From: Macrostomum lignano
Lineage: Eukaryota
DNA length: 64,000 bases
Assembly (NCBI GenBank): GCA_002269645.1
Contig: NIVC01000759.1
Location: forward strand, 310,001 to 374,000
Reading direction: 5' to 3'
In this document: in pieces, positions 27,196-37,010 of the stretch
Position numbering within the stretch: the stretch's first letter is position 1
How the letters are laid out: every line of letters starts with the position of its first letter
Notes under the pieces: generated by a model
The model's database searches: none
Told to the model about the DNA's origin: nothing
The model's input: the letters and a program-made list of their open reading frames with translations, nothing else
Program-made: the position numbers and the translations under genes

Positions 27196-28929
27196 AGAAA
27201 CTTGCGGAAATAAAAGACTGAATTAAACTTAGAAGGTAACCACTGAAATAGGCTAAACTGCAGGTTAGAAAATACCGCCATTCATAGAAGCTTTTGCCTC
27301 TTCCCTGATTTCATTCGGTTCCGCATGCAGAGCAGCGCCATGATGCGAATCAAATGCAGCTTATTGTAGGATTCACTGTCAATGCTGGCAGTCGCGCAAT
27401 GCAATTCAAGTTCCGGAAATGCGTCAACTGACATGCGCAGCGTCTTCTGGACAGCCACATTGCTAGAAAATTTGCTGTTATAATTTGAACGTCGAATGAA
27501 ATTGTTTCTGCATGAAGCAGAACTCGCAGGACGTTGCTGCTTGGAAAAATCAACCCCTCATCCCTTCTTTATTCAGCACATTTTTCATGGTGACAAAGAG
27601 AGCAGAGCAACGGCGCGTAAAGCCGCTGACATTTCAGTGCTGGAATTGAGTGCTGATCTGCGGGGGGCGCATTCAATTAATTTAAGCATTCTTCGCATTT
27701 TAATGCTCTCACACAATGTTGAATGGAATTAAGACTAAAATCCAAAGTGTTCTGCTTCTGGGCACTTATCTTCTTCTGGGCGCTTATCTGCTTCCATTAA
27801 GGCTTTCCTGCCTCTGTTGATGGTGACGAAGACAGACAACATACTCGTAGTGACTGAAACTGAATAGTCGTAATCCCGTTGCTTAACATTGGGACTAGTC
27901 GATTGGAGAAATTCGATTGGAGTTGGATTGTGATTCCAGCCGTTTCGAAGTCTGGCTGAATTATGCTTGCTCAGTCTATATACTTCTTGGTCTGTGCTGG
28001 CTAAGTTAGAACAGGCCATGCAAGGAGACCGCGGACCGCAACAAGCCAACCAAAACCACAATGACCACAACAAGAGACAAAGCGAAATTGCAGACGCTTA
28101 AAGAACTGGCCTTCAAATATTTTTTTCCAACGACTTGCAAGTTGTCATTCAACTAACTCTATTTGTCCTTGTCTCGAACCTTCCACGATCTCTAAAGTAC
28201 AGTTCTAAGGTTCGAAACTTCGCAAGCTCGAAACTTAAAAATTCAAAACATCTCAGAAGCTCGAAATTGTTTACCAAAAGAAATATAATTTGTTTTATAA
28301 CCATTTCTTGTAAAATTTCAAATCAAATCTACCTTCTATAACCTTGTACAACTATCCTGTTGCCCATAATTAAAATGATCATAATTGCGTTCATAAGGCG
28401 CTCTACATGGCCGCAGTACCGTGCCGCATGGCTGGATCACTCGATTCTACTGGCCGCGTTAGGCGTCAGAAAGTGGCCTGCAAACTTCCGATCGTTGATT
28501 AATGGTTGTTGTCTGCCAGTCTCCTGAGTGACGGCACCTGGCTTTTGTGGGACAACTCTCTACGGTCAATGTTCTTCTCAATAAACTTCACCAACTCCTT
28601 GTCCGCCATCAGCAGGTTGTTGTCATGGAAACGCCCGCAGGTTTTGCGGCGCTCGGACTCGAACAGGCTAGCAGACACTGCAGCACAGCAGTTGGCATAT
28701 GAATACACACTGTGTGTGTCTGTTGTAGGTCAGTGCACGCTGCGAATACAGGACACCAAGATCGCGATAGAAATGGTCCAGTGTACTTTGCGTGGTACTC
28801 GTACATAGTCTACGCTCGCATGTTCGCGTGCCTGTAGCTGAGCCAGAGCAGCGCGTAATTGTGTTACACGACTATTACTACATGTAATGTTCATGGACAT
28901 GTAATGCTAGAGAAACTAACAGCCCTACG

Positions 28930-29380
28930 ATTGTGTTGCCATTTTTTGGCCTTTGCTCTATTGAGTTTAAGAAGAAAGTTGAAAAACTGTTCAAAAAAAG
29001 CCTTAACGTTCAGCTTAGGATCACGTTCCGCACAGAGAAGGTGTCCCAGTATGTCTGCAACTTGAAGTCCCGTGTCCCTCGGCCTCTCAATGCAGGTGTC
29101 GTTTATAAGTTTCATTGCTCTGGCGACCAGAGTAAAAACTAAGCGACACTTGTACACTAGGGTCAAGGAGCACTGGACCAAAAGATGGCTGTACAGGAGC
29201 ACCTTCTCACATGCAACTCGTGCTGTAACAGCAAACCGATTGATTATTTAAGATTATCGATTCTTGTCGCCATGAGCACACTTTGAATATCTTAGAGGCT
29301 ATGTACATCAAAGATCAGAACCCGAGCCTAAACTGCCAGCTAGCTATGGGGGGTGCCAGCCGCCAACTCAGCGTGTTTTA
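28930..29380 (+). mobile_element. Degenerate 3' fragment of a Penelope-like element (GIY-YIG region)
   Basis: LPFFG...NAGVVYKFHC...EHLLTC...FKIID...LEAMYIKDQNPSLN, with in-frame stops. Confidence 0.75.
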
Positions 29381-29514
29381 GCTTGGAGTGTACGCTACTG
29401 CACCGTGTGTTAACTTGTTTCGATTGAAAACTACGTACATTAATTTATATTGTGTAATCAACTTATTACAGGTATATTTATTCAACTGTTTATTAGAATT
29501 TTTAATTTCACTAC

Positions 29515-29554
29515 TGCCCTGACGATGACCTACAAGGGTCGAAATGCATTGGCA
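29515..29554 (+). ncRNA. Minimal type I hammerhead ribozyme in the PLE 3' pLTR
   Basis: UGCC CUGACGA u GACC-uacaag-GGUC GAA AUGCAU U GGCA; intact core, palindromic stem III. Confidence 0.8.
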
Positions 29555-30543
29555 ATTGAATTAAAGTAAATAAAAACAAGTTAATGTTTGTTCTCTCATT
29601 TATTTTATTCCTATTTATTAAGCGAGCTACTCTACCAGAATTACTACATGTAATTGTAACCTGTTTCCACCAGACTCGTGTTGTCCGTTTAGCTCAAATT
29701 CCTTAACTTCCATTGTCAGTCGGAATATTCAAATTTCGACGAAAACAAAGCAAACAGTTGAAGTACCGCAATACATATGGCCCAAATGCACTTATATTTG
29801 TGACTGCGCAATCAAACCGGCAAAACCTACCAGCAGGACAGTTTAGGCAGGACATTCGGGACGCAGGGATATGGATAGGGTGGAACATTCCTGGTGAGGA
29901 AGCAGTAGATATTTGTGCGATTTATTTTCTACTTTAACTACTTTGATACACTACTGCTCACACTCACTACGGATCCCTCTACAGATGAAAGCTGCTAATA
30001 CAAAAGCCTGGTACCCAGGTGCCCTTAATGACCGATATTACAGCCGTAGTTCTATCCATATGTTCAGAGATATTCAGATATCTCCCAATATTCTTACACA
30101 TACACATGTAATTAAGAGAAATGAAACACACAATACACATGCAATACAGCTCACAAAATTGTATAAATCCAAGGACTACTTAGGTAGTTTATATAAATTA
30201 CTTCAGTTGTCCTAGTATAAATATTTTACTGTATCAACGCTACACACTATTTACTTGTTATATCGTGCTATAATTTTTTTCGAACTATGGCACCTGGGTT
30301 TTCCTGCATGATATTTCTTCTTTAAAAAACATCAAAACCATTACCGGCCTGTGTGGCGTTGGATGTGCACATGAATACTTATTGCCCATTGGGTTACCTG
30401 CTCATTTATTGAGACAAGAGCAACATCTATTGCATGGTACTACTGTCTACTGGTTCCTACGCTCGTATCACATATCTGATATTATACTGATTAGATTACA
30501 GAAGTATTATTGTTGACGATTGCTATATGGCTGAAATCAATAG

Positions 30544-30733
30544 CAGTGGCGCAACCAGGGGGGGGCGGGGGGGGCGGTCGCCCCCCCCTTAGGCGGGGGA
30601 CCGAAAAAAAATCAAAGGGGGGACCAAGCGAATTTTCGCCAAAAACAGAGCCACCCCTCCGCCGCCCCCCCCCTCCCGGGACTTTACCCTCAGAATCCGC
30701 CCCCCCCTTGAAAAATTTCTGGTTGCGCTACTG
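30544..30733. mobile_element. hAT-type MITE
   Basis: TIR cagtggcgcaaccag / ctggttgcgctactg; perfect 8-bp TSD atcaatag. Confidence 0.92.
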
Positions 30734-31026
30734 ATCAATAGTACGTACACTGCCAACAGATTTAACTGCTCTAGTAGTGCTGAGAAAAGTATGAGCTAAA
30801 ATAAAGTAGGAAACTTCTAAGAGACATTCCTCTACGATCAGTTTTATAACTGAGACAATTGGAAATATTCCAGACACAGTTGCTGAAAGTTTGGCTTTCA
30901 AATTTTCTTAACTGTGCCAAGTCTGCCAAATAAATTAATTTGACACAGTTTTGCATAGTTGTGGTACAATTGGCAGAATTGAAGATTCTGCTAGGACAAT
31001 GACTTTCCCGTTCGCTCATGAGCAAG

Positions 31027-31205
31027 CAGACAGAGTCGAGTGAAAATCAGTAGTCCCTGGGGTCACAGTTATGAGGGAGCTAGCAGGGGTCAAGCGAACA
31101 CGTAGTTACTGAAGGCCACAGTTATGAGGGAGCAGACGGGGTCAAGTGAACATTAAGTAGTCAACATCGATTAACAAGAACGTAACAGTGACACATGAGC
31201 ATCAA
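31027..31205. repeat. Dispersed repeat, related copy at about 42400-42640
   Basis: Shared ggggtcacagttatgag...gtcaagt...aagtagtcaacatc...acaagaac segments with internal tandem subunits. Confidence 0.6.
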
Positions 31206-31826
31206 ATTGATGAGGACGCACTTTTTCCCAAATCCCGCGCTAGCGCATGGGCTCTAAACTTACTAGCCTACTAACAGTGGGCAGTGGGCATTTTTATCCT
31301 TTTTCTGCGAATTTTCATAGAATCTATACTAGATATAATGTCTGGCCATACTAGTAGTCATAATAACATAGGCGCAGCTTTTTGGGTCATAAATCATCGC
31401 TTTCGAAGCTGATCTGACAGCCACCTGCGCCTCACTCAGTGTTGAAGCGGGCGCCAGATGGTCTGAGAGGATGCGGGCGGTAGCTTTTTTTCTCATCATT
31501 TTGACAGGCCATCAAGATTTATGAGGTCAGAGCCTATTGTTCGGATTCACTCAAGCGTGTGACAGCTTTGACAGCTATGCGTTTTACCCCTAAAAGTACC
31601 TTGGGATTAGCGATTAGCGATTTCTCTTCATTATCTTCACTTTCTATTTAATAAGAGCTTTCTAATGTATATTTTTTCATTAATTTCTGTCAATCCTACG
31701 CGAAAAGTCATAAATCATTTTGTTGCGATTTTGAGTGATTTATGGCCGCACCTGTCATCTTTTTACGACCCTGTGGGAACTGATAGGATCTCTCGGTCAC
31801 GTGATTCTGGGTAGCAACAAGCTTAG

Positions 31827-31928
31827 CCAATCAGAAAATTCGGCGCTCATTTTAACAAAACGGCTCAGCCAATCAGAATCGACGTGTTCCGTTATAACAA
31901 ACTACGGTCCAGTTGGCGGCTATTTAAA
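31827..31928 (+). promoter_or_regulatory. Pol II promoter-like cluster (two AGCCAATCAG boxes and TATTTAAA)
   Basis: CCAAT at 31827 and 31869, TATTTAAA at 31921; no downstream gene identified. Confidence 0.35.
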
Positions 31929-32457
31929 CCGGTGTTTTTGGCCCGCTCGGACCTCTACCTGTTCCGACTCTGGCCTGGTTCCTACTCCACCGGCCCGGAA
32001 CTGACCGTCGTTTCTTGATCCCCGGATTGCGACTTCCCCCCATCATCATCAAGGACGAGCCCCCCGGTCATCAGCAGCGAACATCAAGTTAAGAGCATCA
32101 CCTGCTAGCTAACAGCGAAGATTGTGACAGCATCATCCCGAGTCTACAGCTGCAGAGCATCGAGCCGATTCGGTCACTGTGGAATACCTGGTCTCCGGCT
32201 GTTGAGTTTCTGATTGGTTGGGTGAGAGGCTACCTAGACTTGCTTGATTGGGTGATCCCTTTTCTGTCCCCTGTTGCAGTAGCTGAATTAGGCGCACACT
32301 TTTGCTCATTTTGTTCAGTAGTGCTGTTGCTGAGGCAGGAATCATTCAATAATACTGCTAGTAGTCTAAGACTCCAATTTAATCTAAAGTGTGAAGTGAA
32401 CTAAGGAGAAGGTTAGTAGAAGGCATGAGGGGGCTTCTGGGACAAAATTTTTCACCT

Positions 32458-32672
32458 CCTCCATAATCCACCTAAATCCATCCATATTATCCCTGACAGA
32501 ATCAGAAAAAAAGGGGGGTCGCACTCGCTAACAAAACGTCCTCCATAATCCACCTAAATCCATCCATATTATCCCCGACAGAATCAGAAAAAAAAGGGGG
32601 GTCGCACTCGCTCACAAAACGTCCTCCATAATCCCATTAAATCCATCCATATTATCCCTGACAGAATCAGAG
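32458..32672. repeat. About 82-bp tandem repeat, about 2.5 copies
   Basis: cctccataatcc recurs at 32458, 32540 and 32623. Confidence 0.88.
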
Positions 32673-32870
32673 CAGGTGTCCACTGATACCTGTTATGTTC
32701 ACTGACACTGACATCCACCCATAGCATCTTCGAAACAATCAGAAAATAATCTGCATTCTTCTCCCCATGGGGCCCACATTCAATTCGCAACGTGCTACCA
32801 GATCCCAAAGACTTTAAATCATCAGCGCAGGGTCCTTACCCTTTGAAAAAAAATTAAATTCTCAATAAAA

Positions 32871-33107
32871 ATGTTTCCAGTTGTCTCTCCAGGTTCCTAT
32901 TATACTCAGCCTCATCCATTGTACAAATCCAAGTACCAATGCAAACTAGAATGCAGCGAATACATGAGAAAATATTGGCCCGACGTTGATATCAATGTCC
33001 CTAATATTAATCAAGCACTTAAATCTCACTGGTTTGAAAAACACGGAGTAGTCATTAACAATTTTGACAGCTATTATAACTTTGCTGAAGTTAAAAGACA
33101 GTTGTAG
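32871..33107 (+). CDS. Small RNase T2-like protein (divergent or truncated)
   Basis: MRKYWPDVDINVPN...HWFEKHG resembles human RNASET2 MRAYWPDVIHSFPN...HEWEKHG; start context aaaaatg like the neighbouring viral ORFs. Confidence 0.5.
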   Translation: MFPVVSPGSYYTQPHPLYKSKYQCKLECSEYMRKYWPDVDINVPNINQALKSHWFEKHGVVINNFDSYYNFAEVKRQL

Positions 33108-33372
33108 TAGCCAACTACACGGTTGTACCCTGTAGAGTGCAGACGCAAGATCTAAAAATACTGACAAAATCATGTGCAGCATATAGCGGCTCGTATTAGT
33201 TACATTTGTAAGCGATAGCTTACTGATAGTAAAGCTATTTGAACATGGCGCGAATTCCTCACATGGTGGACTAGAAAATGTCGCCATGTGCAAGGCAAGG
33301 ACTTGGTACAAGGGCGTATAAATAGCAGTTCCACTCAGCTGGCTAGAGGTGGAGCCGACCTCGCGTGGCTAT

Positions 33373-33415
33373 GACTGACTGACGAGGGCAAAAAAGCACA
33401 AAACCGGTCTCAGTC
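33373..33415 (+). ncRNA. Hammerhead-ribozyme-like motif with G12A and one stem II mismatch
   Basis: GACUGA CUGACGA GGGC-aaaaaa-GCAC AAA ACCGGU C UCAGUC: 6-bp stem I, palindromic stem III, GUC cleavage triplet; TATAAATA at 33317. Confidence 0.55.
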
Positions 33416-33444
33416 TGCCCCGCATGGTTCGATTCCCACTGATA

Positions 33445-33829
33445 ACATGATTTTCACGAACGTTCGTAAAAATCATGTGCAGCATAAAGCGGCTCTCAGT
33501 GGTTACATGATTTTCACGAACGTTCGTAAAAATCATGTGCAGCATAAAGCGGCTCTCAGTGGTTACATGATTTTCACGAACGTTCGTAAAAATCATGTGC
33601 AGCATAAAGCGGCTCTCAGTGGTTACATGATTTTCACGAACGTTCGTAAAAATCATGTGCAGCATAAAGCGGCTCTCAGTGGTTACATGATTTTCACGAA
33701 CGTTCGTAAAAATCATGTGCAGCATAAAGCGGCTCTCAGTGGTTACATGATTTTCACGAACGTTCGTAAAAATCATGTGCAGCATAAAGCGGCTCTCAGT
33801 GGTTACATGATTTTTACGAACGTTCGTAA
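33445..33829. repeat. 60-bp tandem array, each unit holding a 34-bp quasi-palindrome
   Basis: acatgattttcacgaacgttcgtaaaaatcatgt; six identical units plus a partial seventh. Confidence 0.97.
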
Positions 33830-33842
33830 CAAGGCATAACAA

Positions 33843-34255
33843 GAATTCGCACGAATTCAACTGTGCAAAATAGCATTTTTCTGAGAAAGACTAGTGCGCA
33901 GTTGGATTCGCGCCATTTCCTGTCTTAACAGGAATTCGCACGAATTCAACTGTGCAAAATAGCATTTTTCTGAGAAAGACTAGTGCGCAGTTGGATTCGC
34001 GCCATTTCCTGTCTTAACAGGAATTCGCACGAATTCAACTGTGCAAAATAGCATTTTTCTGAGAAAGACTAGTGCGCAGTTGGATTCGCGCCATTTCCTG
34101 TCTTAACAGGAATTCGCACGAATTCAACTGTGCAAAATAGCATTTTTCTGAGAAAGACTAGTGCGCAGTTGGATTCGCGCCATTTCCTGTCTTAACAGGA
34201 ATTCGCACGAATTCAACTGTGCAAAAAAAAGCTTTTTTTTCTGAGAAAGACTAAT
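33843..34255. repeat. 89-bp tandem array, about 4.6 copies, with paired GAATTC sites and a ttcctgt/acaggaa hairpin
   Basis: gaattcgcacgaattc at 33843, 33932, 34021, 34110 and 34199. Confidence 0.95.
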
Positions 34256-34518
34256 GACAGACTTGTGTTTGTTATGTGCGAATACTTGCGAAGTTAACCA
34301 ACTTTTGACATAATAAAACAATAGACTGAGCACAGACTATCTTTTTGTGTCCGATTTCTTTTGTGTTTTCAATTCTTTCACTAAATACTGGTTAGAAAAA
34401 AAATAATGCTTGGTCAGTCCAAAAAGCGTGAGGTTGCCTACTAATAAGTATTATGACCAGAAAAAATATACTAAAAATTCGAAATAAAACTGAAATAAAA
34501 TATTTAGTTATTTTAACA

Positions 34519-35382
34519 TCACATTCTCTCAATGATTAACGTCAATACAAACTCTTCACAGTTGAAATCAACACCCATCCCATCTTCAGTCTCAAACTGT
34601 AGCACAATCTCGTGAATCTCCTTATTACTCAATACAACTCTTTTCACTGGATTTGGTTTCTCTACCACCATCTGTCCTCCAGCTACAGAGTTGGAGATAT
34701 TGTACAAAATATTCGTTCGCTTTCCCTTAAATACCCAATCAAGACTGAGATTAGTTCTGATTAGAATATTCAAACCCTTTACAATGTCTGCTATATTGGG
34801 TGCTAAGAACAAACCGCTTACATTTTCCCGGGCCATGCTAACGGTCCCCAATGCTTGAGTGGCGGTCCGCGCCGCGGATTCTGCCTTATAAACTTTCTTC
34901 TCGAATCCCAGTTCCCTATACCAAGTGTCATCTTTAAACTCAACCTCCGCATCTTTGTGAACTTGCATGACCACTCTCATTACAGTGAGATCATAGGTTA
35001 GTTTGACAGGGAACAGTTTCTTCTCTGGCTTACTCGCATCAGGTGTCTCAAAATGGCCTCTCTTAGTAAAGACATTTTGTAGAAAGTTATTGTAGGTATC
35101 CACACTTTGCGTGCTCACATGGAATACCACAGGGTCTGCTGCTGCACCTTTCCATTTGTAATAAAACTTATTATTTGCTGCCATCACATTGGGAACGTTT
35201 GACCAACCAGTGAAGTCGTTAAGATAGACATGGTAATTAGCGCCTGGATCCAGGCGAATCGCCTGCTCTAATTTTTCAACAAACATCTCGTTTGAGTCAT
35301 TAATTCGCCCAGTTATTGTAATAGGAATGCTCTCCTTGGAGTGCGAAATAATATTATTTAGTCTTTCAGCAATCGCTTCCAT
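34519..35382 (-). CDS. Polinton-type minor capsid (penton, single jelly-roll) protein
   Basis: I.L....YHVYL.DF.GWSNVPNV...NNKFYY and C-terminal EI.LQF.TEDG..VDFN.EE..LTL pattern; directly downstream of the MCP. Confidence 0.7.
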   Translation of the reverse strand: MEAIAERLNNIISHSKESIPITITGRINDSNEMFVEKLEQAIRLDPGANYHVYLNDFTGWSNVPNVMAANNKFYYKWKGAAADPVVFHVSTQSVDTYNNFLQNVFTKRGHFETPDASKPEKKLFPVKLTYDLTVMRVVMQVHKDAEVEFKDDTWYRELGFEKKVYKAESAARTATQALGTVSMARENVSGLFLAPNIADIVKGLNILIRTNLSLDWVFKGKRTNILYNISNSVAGGQMVVEKPNPVKRVVLSNKEIHEIVLQFETEDGMGVDFNCEEFVLTLIIERM

Positions 35383-35404
35383 TTTTTTTCACATAAAAAA
35401 ATAT

Positions 35405-36691
35405 TTAAACTTTACTGGATGAATTGTTGATCATGTTAAGCTTCACCTTCCTCTCAAATGCATAGATAATGTACAAGTCCACGGGTGTTGCGACAGTCCT
35501 TTCAATGTTAGTCACGATATTCACAGGGCTGTTATCAGTAGGCATTTGTCTGGCAGACACATCAGCTCCAAACATCGGATATAGAGTTCCATATTGAAGA
35601 GCAGTGATAGCAATTCCATTGTTCTCTTTCACAGCCAAGTCGACCAACTCGCTGTAAAATTTGCTAATCTTGTTCTGACTGAAATCTCCATTTTGTGGCA
35701 GTGCAGGGTAAAGATTATCACTGATTTCATGCTGAATGGACCGCACGTCTCCATGCATGTAGCGTATAATGCTATTTGGGTTTCTCATATTAATAATGAT
35801 ATACCTTGGATTGCTGCATGATCCCTCTTTGATGCAGATGTTTGTTCTAGTTTCGTTTCGCTCATCTCGACACATGTAGGCCGTGTATGCAACATCAATG
35901 TCCTTCTCTATTGCCTTAAGATAGTCTGCTTTTAGTGCAGTCTTTGGCTCAATGACTTCCAAATACAGCTCGATTCCGGTTAGCTTCACCTCCATCCTTG
36001 TGTGGTCCGCCCCAGTCCACAACACTCTACTGCGATCATCTCTAGTCAGTCTAAATGTGTAGCTAAAGTTACTAGTCAGTCGATTAAATGTATTACAGAA
36101 TCCACTCATGAATCTCAGTGGTACAAATACATCAACAGACCGATACTGCGGGTTCTTAGCAGCATCATCAGCACCTTGCAATGCATAGTTGTATCTCTTT
36201 TTCCTATTTTTATAACCACTGTCATTGGTGTCTCCTTCTTTTTCGTCTGCAATAAAACCCGCACCACTTCCCAATTGAATAAAATCAGGATTCTCGATCA
36301 AACAATGAGCGTCATAGACAATTCCAAAGTTGGCGATTCGCTCCAACTCTGTGCTCCCATTCGATACACTAAACTCCTTGAACATGTACGCCCAAAAGTT
36401 ACTGATCAGAGCCACATCCGCATCATGCTTGTCAACGTTAGCACGAGCCGCATCCGCACCACCTTTTGTCTTGAATTGAAATGTCATATGGAAGCCGCTC
36501 TTAAGACTGTGCACACTAACCAGAGACGAACATCCATTGTATGTAAATGTCAGTGTTTGACCTGGACCCAAATTAGTTTCATTCTGGTTCTCGTGACTCG
36601 GAACTCTAACTTGTGTCGCTTTGATTGTGCTATCATCACTCAAAATAGGCTTGTTAATTTTGTAGAAAACTGGTGTCAGTGGGTCGTTCAT
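35405..36691 (-). CDS. Polinton-type double-jelly-roll major capsid protein (intact ORF)
   Basis: 428 aa; DDSTI...LTFT...NFWAYMFKE.SVSNGSTELE...VFVPLRFMSGFC...FRLTR...PRYIII...LYP...FGADV pattern of Maverick/PLV MCPs. Confidence 0.78.
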   Translation of the reverse strand: MNDPLTPVFYKINKPILSDDSTIKATQVRVPSHENQNETNLGPGQTLTFTYNGCSSLVSVHSLKSGFHMTFQFKTKGGADAARANVDKHDADVALISNFWAYMFKEFSVSNGSTELERIANFGIVYDAHCLIENPDFIQLGSGAGFIADEKEGDTNDSGYKNRKKRYNYALQGADDAAKNPQYRSVDVFVPLRFMSGFCNTFNRLTSNFSYTFRLTRDDRSRVLWTGADHTRMEVKLTGIELYLEVIEPKTALKADYLKAIEKDIDVAYTAYMCRDERNETRTNICIKEGSCSNPRYIIINMRNPNSIIRYMHGDVRSIQHEISDNLYPALPQNGDFSQNKISKFYSELVDLAVKENNGIAITALQYGTLYPMFGADVSARQMPTDNSPVNIVTNIERTVATPVDLYIIYAFERKVKLNMINNSSSKV

Positions 36692-36721
36692 TTTTTAACT
36701 AAAAATAAAATAAAATAAGAA

Positions 36722-37010
36722 ATGAAGCGGAAAAGTACACAGCAGATATCTGAATTGGAGAAGCTAGCACAAGCAGAGAAACGAGTTACCGGGCTAATAA
36801 ATAAGGAGCAACAATCCTACAATGAGTTTGTCCAAGCAGCCACAGAGTTTCATAAACCCGGGTATGGAGAAGCTAAGAAAAATATTGATCAGGTCAAAGA
36901 AACTATCGACGACATACAGGAAACCCAAGTGCAAAAGGTTTTGGGCAAAATTCCAGAAGCACCACAGATACAGCCGCAACCACAACAACCACAACCACAT
37001 CAATCACATC
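36722..37010 (+). pseudogene. Divergently oriented viral ORF interrupted by PLE insertion
   Basis: A-rich start context; sequence turns into the PLE GIY-YIG (opposite strand) at about 37010. Confidence 0.45.

Larger units (their letters stand above)
32420..37010. mobile_element. Polinton/Maverick-like endogenous virus fragment 1 (capsid module and repeat arrays)
   Basis: Compact intronless ORFs with A-rich start contexts, MCP and penton homologs, tandem arrays; right end cut by a PLE; left boundary approximate, no TIR/TSD pair found. Confidence 0.75.

Noticed and set aside
27350-28073. Short minus-strand ORFs as a possible host gene
   Set aside because: No recognisable domain or consistent splice structure.
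33445-34255. CRISPR-like appearance of the palindromic arrays
   Set aside because: The inter-palindrome sequences are identical rather than unique spacers, there are no cas genes, and the context is eukaryotic.
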